A stretch of 11,638 nt of DNA from a bacterium (GTDB lineage: Bacteria > Zhuqueibacterota > Zhuqueibacteria > Oceanimicrobiales > Oceanimicrobiaceae), in contig JBHHYI010000131.1 of assembly GCA_046757525.1 (NCBI GenBank), forward strand, positions 1-11,638. The letters run 5' to 3'. Positions 7,023 to 11,638 of the stretch are shown here, one piece after another (positions within the stretch are counted from its first letter, which is position 1; each line of letters begins with the position of its first letter). Made by a program: the position numbers and the translations under genes. The notes under the pieces are model-generated. The model searched no databases and was not told the DNA's origin. It saw only the letters and a list, made by a program, of their open reading frames with translations.

Positions 7023-9380
7023 ATGGCTGATCCAAAAATTGGTGGAATGGGGCAAAGTGTCAAGCGCAAAGAGGACCCACGTTTTATTCGCGGCCAGGGC
7101 ACCTACGTGGATGACGTCAAGCTTCCCGGCATGCTTTACATGGACATCCTGCGCAGCCCTTACGCCCACGCGAACATAAAAAGTATTAACGCCGAAAAAG
7201 CCCTGGCGCTGCCCGGGGTTCTGGCGGTCATCACTGGGACAGACCTGGCAAAGTACAACTTGCACTGGATGCCCACCCTCATGTCCGACACGCAAATGGT
7301 TTTGCCGACGGACGAAGTCATGTATTTTGCGCAAGAGGTAGCGGCGGTCATCGCTACCGAACGGTACATTGCTGCCGACGCTTTGGACCTCATCGAAGTA
7401 GATTACGAACCGCTGCCGGTCATCACCGATCCGCGGGAAGCGCTCAAGCCCGGCGCGCCGGTGCTGCGCAAGGACAAAGAAGGCAAAAAGGACAACCACA
7501 TTTTTCACTGGGAAGCCGGCGACAAAGCCGCCACCGACAAGGTGTTTCAAGAAGCCGATGTTACCGTGGAGCAGGAGGTGTACCTTCCTCGCATTCACGT
7601 CGCCTCTATTGAAACCTGCGGCTGTGTGGCCAGTTACGACAAAGTGAGCGAAAAACTCACCGTGTGGATGACCACCCAGGCACCGCACGCCATTCGCACC
7701 GTCTTCGCCCTGGTAGCCGGGCATGTGGGATTAGCCGAACACAAGATTCGTGTGATTTCACCGGACATTGGCGGTGGCTTTGGCGGCAAGGTGCCGGTGT
7801 ATCCGGGCTACGTGATTGCCGTGGCCGTCTCTTTCTTGCTCGGCAAGCCGGTTAAATGGATCGAGGATCGTTCTGAGAATCTGCAGGCAGACTCATTTGC
7901 CAGGGACTATCGCATTAAGGCAGAATTGGCAGCGCGTAAAGACGGCACCATGACCGCACTGCGCATTAAAACCATCGCCGACCACGGCTACACCGATGCT
8001 GCTGCCAACCCGTCGAAATTTCCCGCCGGGCTGTTTTCCATTTGTACGGGTTCCTATGATTTCGAAACGGCCTTTGCCGAGGTAGACGCCGCTTACACCA
8101 ACAAGCCTCCCGGCGGCATCGCCTACCGTTGCTCCTTTCGTGTCACCGAGGCGGTGCACACCATTGAACGCATGGTCGACCGCCTGGCCGATGAACTGCA
8201 AATGGATCCGGCGGAGCTGCGCATGAAGAATTTCATCAAGCCAGAAGCGTTTCCGTACAAGTCTGCTTTGGGCTGGGAATACGACAGCGGCAACTACCAG
8301 GCGGCCTTAAAACTGGCTATGGACAAAATCGGCTACCAGGCGTTGCGGCAGGAGCAGCTCGAGAAGCGTAAAAAGGGAGAGCTCATGGGCATCGGCATTT
8401 CGACTTTTACGGAGATCGTCGGTGCCGGGCCTTCGCACACCTTCGACATTCTGGGTTTAAAGATGTTCGACAGCAGCGAGATTCGGATTCATCCCACCGG
8501 CAAAGTGATCGCCCGCATCGGCGTGCAAACCCAGGGACAAGGGCACGAGACCACCTTCGCGCAAATCATCGCCGAAGAATTAGGCATTCCGGTAGACGAT
8601 ATTTTGGTAGAACACGGCGACACGGACACCTGTCCCTACGGTTTGGGCACCTACGCCAGCCGAAGCACGCCGGTGGCCGGGGCTGCCATGGCCATGGCCT
8701 CGCGCAAAATTCGCGACAAAGCCAAGAAAATCGCTGCCCATCTCTTAGAGGCCGCCGACGAGGACATCGATTTTAAAGAAGGGAAATTCTTTGTCAAAGG
8801 GTCGCCGAACAAGTCCAAGACCATTCAGGAAGTCGCCTTCGCCGCCTATACCAATCATCCCCAGGGCATGGAAGCAGGCTTAGAAGCGGTCTCCTACTAC
8901 GATCCCCCTAACTTGACCTTTCCCTTCGGCAGCTACATTTGCGTGGTGGACATCGACAAAGGTACCGGTGACGTGAAGATTCGCCGCTTTGTAGCGGTGG
9001 ACGACTGCGGCAACATCATCAATCCCATGATCGTTGACGGCCAGATTCACGGCGGCCTGACCATGGGCCTGGCACCGGCCTTGTTTGAAGAAATGATCTA
9101 CGACGAACAGGGCAACTGCCTCACCGGCAGTTTCATGGACTATTTGCTGCCTACCGCGGTGGAAACCCCCAGGTGGGAAACGGACAAGACCTGTACCCCT
9201 TCGCCGCACCATCCGATCGGCGCCAAGGGCGTTGGGGAATCCGCAACGGTTGGTGCACCGCCGGCCATCGCCAATGCAGTCGTCGACGCCTTGTCTCATC
9301 TGGGTGTGAAACATATCGACATTCCCATCACACCGTACAAGGTGTGGAAGATTTTACAGGAAAAGGGCGTCGCGGAATGA
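7023..9380 (+). CDS. coxL: Form I aerobic [MoCu] CO dehydrogenase large subunit
   Basis: 785 aa. Active-site loop GIAYRCSFRVTEA (AYRCSFR at 8121-8141) matches the form I AYXCSFR signature. Also IGGGFGGK, QGQGHETT, GTYASRS, GAKGVGE. SD AGGAG upstream. Confidence 0.96.
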   Translation: MADPKIGGMGQSVKRKEDPRFIRGQGTYVDDVKLPGMLYMDILRSPYAHANIKSINAEKALALPGVLAVITGTDLAKYNLHWMPTLMSDTQMVLPTDEVMYFAQEVAAVIATERYIAADALDLIEVDYEPLPVITDPREALKPGAPVLRKDKEGKKDNHIFHWEAGDKAATDKVFQEADVTVEQEVYLPRIHVASIETCGCVASYDKVSEKLTVWMTTQAPHAIRTVFALVAGHVGLAEHKIRVISPDIGGGFGGKVPVYPGYVIAVAVSFLLGKPVKWIEDRSENLQADSFARDYRIKAELAARKDGTMTALRIKTIADHGYTDAAANPSKFPAGLFSICTGSYDFETAFAEVDAAYTNKPPGGIAYRCSFRVTEAVHTIERMVDRLADELQMDPAELRMKNFIKPEAFPYKSALGWEYDSGNYQAALKLAMDKIGYQALRQEQLEKRKKGELMGIGISTFTEIVGAGPSHTFDILGLKMFDSSEIRIHPTGKVIARIGVQTQGQGHETTFAQIIAEELGIPVDDILVEHGDTDTCPYGLGTYASRSTPVAGAAMAMASRKIRDKAKKIAAHLLEAADEDIDFKEGKFFVKGSPNKSKTIQEVAFAAYTNHPQGMEAGLEAVSYYDPPNLTFPFGSYICVVDIDKGTGDVKIRRFVAVDDCGNIINPMIVDGQIHGGLTMGLAPALFEEMIYDEQGNCLTGSFMDYLLPTAVETPRWETDKTCTPSPHHPIGAKGVGESATVGAPPAIANAVVDALSHLGVKHIDIPITPYKVWKILQEKGVAE

Positions 9381-9392
9381 AGGCCAAATTGA

Positions 9393-9442
9393 GTAGGCTG
9401 GATCGGGAAAATCGTAAATGAACACGATTTCATCCGTACTAC
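9393..9442. repeat. Degenerate GTAG...CTAC-bounded palindrome (REP-doublet-like) just after the coxL stop
   Basis: GTAG-gct-GGAT-cggga-AAATCGT-aaatgaac-ACGATTT-c-ATCC-gta-CTAC. Confidence 0.5.
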
Positions 9443-9532
9443 AAGCCGACAACATCGTGTTTTTTTGTCGTCAATTATTTTGTCTTATCAATTTCTTTGC
9501 AATTCGAGCAAGGATCTTATTGTTTAAGTACT

Positions 9533-9692
9533 AACCACAAGGACACAAAGTTTTTCTGTGACCTTCGGCGACTTCGGTGATTTTCAGTGGTCGAAAAATT
9601 TCTTTCCACCGAACAGTGCCTAAAGTCACCAAGACTCGCCGAATCGATTTTTTCTTCTGGTGGCGGCTCTGCCGCGCTGTGTAAATCCGTGG
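9533..9692. repeat. Cluster of degenerate periodic (8-10 bp unit) inverted repeats plus a GCGGC-TCT-GCCGC mini-hairpin
   Basis: TCnGYG units at 9555, 9565, 9574, 9584, mirrored by CACCGA/TGCCTA/CACCAA/CGCCGA at 9607, 9617, 9627, 9637. CACAA units at 9536 and 9544. Mini-hairpin at 9663-9675. Confidence 0.6.
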
Positions 9693-9734
9693 CCAAGACA
9701 ATTTTGGGCACGTGTTTAATTTACGGCTCCGGGT

Positions 9735-11471
9735 TTACGTCTTGTACCGGTTGGTGATGGGCATGCGCCGGTCTTTGCCGAAGGCCTTGTGGGTAATCTT
9801 GATGCCTGGAGGTGCCTGGCGCCGTTTGTACTCGTTGCTGTCCACCATTTTCGCCACTTTCTTGACCACCTGCCGCGGAAAACCCTGCTCGATGATTTCC
9901 TTCACGCTCCTGTCATTTTCCACAAACTCTTCCAGGATGTCATCTAAAATTTCATAGGCTGGCAGCGAATCCTGGTCCCTCTGGCCGGGTTTTAACTCCG
10001 CAGTGGGGGCTTTGGTCAGAATGGAGTGCGGAATGATCTCCTTCTTCGCCCGGCCATTTTTGTGTTCGCACAATTTGTACACCCAGGTCTTGGGCACGTC
10101 TTTGATGACCGCAAAACCGCCGGCCATGTCGCCGTACAAGGTGCAATAGCCCACGCTGGTTTCGCTTTTGTTGCCGGTGGTAAGCACCAGCCAGCCAAAT
10201 TTGTTGGAGAGCGCCATGAGAATGTTGCCGCGAATGCGGGCCTGCAGGTTTTCCTCGGTCACGTCGGCAGGCCGGTCTTTGAAGATCGGCTGCATGGTCA
10301 CAGAATAGGCTGCGAAAATGGTTTTGATTGGAATGCTTTCCGTTTTGATGCCCAGGTTTTGCGCCAACGCCTCTGCATCCCGCACGCTCTGCTCAGAAGT
10401 GATTTCACTGGGCATCAGCACCCCAACCACATTCTCAGGTCCCAACGCATCGACTGCAATGGCTGTGGTCAAGGCCGAATCGATGCCGCCACTCAAGCCA
10501 ATGACCACCTTTTGAAAACCATTTTTCGTGACGTAGTCTCGGGTGCCCAGGACCAACGCCTGGTAGATTTCGCCAAAGATGTCCAGCGGTGGAATGGGGT
10601 GATCTGAAATGGGTGGCTTGGCAGTAGACGTTTCTGAATCTTCGAGAGAAACAAAATTCAATTCGTAAGGTGGGTTGATTTCTTTTTTGAACAGGTTGAA
10701 AGAGGGGTCCTCTTTGCGGAATTCTCGCAACTGGGTGACGTCCAGGTCGGCAAGGACGAAGTCTTCCTGAAACTGGTGCGACTCGGCGACCAGATTGCCG
10801 CGATGATCCACGATAAAACTGTCGCCGTCGAAAACCAGCTCATCCTGCCCACCCACCAGATTGACGTACACCACGATTGAACGGGTCACGCGGGCCCGGG
10901 TCATGCCCATGGCCAGCCGGTCTTTGCGCTTGTCCATGTAATAAGGCGACGCCGACAGAGTTAAAATGATTTCCGCGCCGCCGCGAAAGGCCTGGCTTTC
11001 GGTGACGCCATCGGGAACACAGATGTCCTCGCAAATGTTCAGCCCGAATTTAATGCCGTTCCATTCGAACACCAACGGCCGTTCGCCGGGTTCAAAATAG
11101 CGCTTCTCGTCGAACACGCTATAATTGGGTAAGCAAATCTTGTGGTATACCGCCGGGATGCGCCCCTGGTAGAGAATCGCGGCCGCATTGTAGATTTTGT
11201 CGTGGTTGTCTACGAAGCCAACGACGGCCAGGATGTCCCGGGTCTTCTCAGCGATTTCGCGCAGGCATTCTGTGTTGTCTGAAATGAATTTGCGCTTCAA
11301 CAGCAGGTCTTCGGGTGGATAGCCGGGAATCGTCAATTCCGGAAAAAGCACCAGGTCAGCCCCGACCTTTTTGGCCTTCTCAATATAGCGCAGAGTTTTT
11401 TGCGCGTTGCCTCTGAGGTCGCCCACGGTTGTGTTGATCTGAGCTAAGGCCACGCGGATTCGGGTGTTCAT
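9735..11471 (-). CDS. nadE: Glutamine-dependent NAD+ synthetase (nitrilase-type glutaminase domain plus synthetase domain)
   Basis: 578 aa. E-K-C triad motifs LFPEL, YHKICLPNY...FDEKRYF, NICED. PP-loop GLSGGIDS; ENLQARIRG, TGNKSE, TLYGD, EYKRRQAPPG. Confidence 0.97.
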   Translation of the reverse strand: MNTRIRVALAQINTTVGDLRGNAQKTLRYIEKAKKVGADLVLFPELTIPGYPPEDLLLKRKFISDNTECLREIAEKTRDILAVVGFVDNHDKIYNAAAILYQGRIPAVYHKICLPNYSVFDEKRYFEPGERPLVFEWNGIKFGLNICEDICVPDGVTESQAFRGGAEIILTLSASPYYMDKRKDRLAMGMTRARVTRSIVVYVNLVGGQDELVFDGDSFIVDHRGNLVAESHQFQEDFVLADLDVTQLREFRKEDPSFNLFKKEINPPYELNFVSLEDSETSTAKPPISDHPIPPLDIFGEIYQALVLGTRDYVTKNGFQKVVIGLSGGIDSALTTAIAVDALGPENVVGVLMPSEITSEQSVRDAEALAQNLGIKTESIPIKTIFAAYSVTMQPIFKDRPADVTEENLQARIRGNILMALSNKFGWLVLTTGNKSETSVGYCTLYGDMAGGFAVIKDVPKTWVYKLCEHKNGRAKKEIIPHSILTKAPTAELKPGQRDQDSLPAYEILDDILEEFVENDRSVKEIIEQGFPRQVVKKVAKMVDSNEYKRRQAPPGIKITHKAFGKDRRMPITNRYKT

Positions 11472-11523
11472 GCGGCAGACCGCAAAGGTTTCAGGTTCGC
11501 TTCTATTTCGATTAACAAAAGCA

Positions 11524-11552
11524 AAAATACGCGATTAGCGATTTAAAGTCAA
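11524..11552 (-). promoter_or_regulatory. Candidate sigma70-type promoter of nadE
   Basis: Minus strand TTGACT (11552-11547), 17-bp spacer, TATTTT (11529-11524), about 50 bp upstream of the nadE ATG. Confidence 0.6.
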
Positions 11553-11638
11553 GGGATAAATTCTCAGGTAAGATTCCGGCTTTGGGGAGTCGGGAATGTA
11601 AGAAATCGGTGAGCACCAACCGGCAGCCGCGTGCACGT

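Noticed and set aside
5662..9380. Xanthine dehydrogenase, aldehyde oxidoreductase or form II cox-like enzyme
   Set aside because: The active-site loop is AYRCSFR (form I), not AYRGAGR, and the gene order is M-S-L.
9447..9470. Intrinsic terminator CGACAA...TTGTCG after coxL
   Set aside because: 6-bp stem with a 12-nt loop, and the T-run lies within the hairpin rather than after it; too weak to call.
9533..9692. CRISPR array
   Set aside because: Units are only 8-10 bp, inverted and without unique spacers; no cas genes are present.
9517..9711. 64-aa minus-strand ORF downstream of nadE
   Set aside because: It runs entirely through repeat DNA and has no recognisable motif or clear SD; likely spurious.
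225..11034. Numerous overlapping alternative-frame and antisense ORFs in the track (e.g. 3337-4020, 6972-7724, 10026-10607)
   Set aside because: They shadow well-supported genes in moderately GC-rich DNA and show no recognisable motifs.
11609..11638. Start of a divergent gene (GTG AGC ACC AAC...) at the window edge
   Set aside because: Only 10 codons are visible, with no well-placed SD; it cannot be supported.

Overview
Bacterial chromosomal segment with three parts. (1) Two metabolosome (bacterial microcompartment, BMC)-type core enzymes: an acylating aldehyde dehydrogenase with a long C-terminal tail ending in an encapsulation-peptide-like helix, and a PduL-family phosphotransacylase with an extra C-terminal domain. 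They are separated by a visibly AT-richer ~1.1 kb insert holding a transposase-less cassette (26-bp terminal inverted repeats, TTA duplication, nested periodic inverted repeats) around a GxxExxY gene, plus a SEC-C motif gene. (2) Starting with an ATGA overlap on the pduL stop codon, a form I aerobic [MoCu] carbon monoxide dehydrogenase cluster: xdhC/coxF-like, mocA-like, coxG, coxM, coxS, coxL (AYRCSFR motif). No coxD/coxE lies in the window. (3) A convergent glutamine-dependent NAD+ synthetase (nadE), separated from coxL by a spacer rich in degenerate palindromic repeats. The main candidates for novelty are the apparent operonic coupling of BMC cargo enzymes to a form I CODH, and the nested repeat-bounded GxxExxY cassette. 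No BMC shell genes are visible in this window, so the BMC assignment is inferred.
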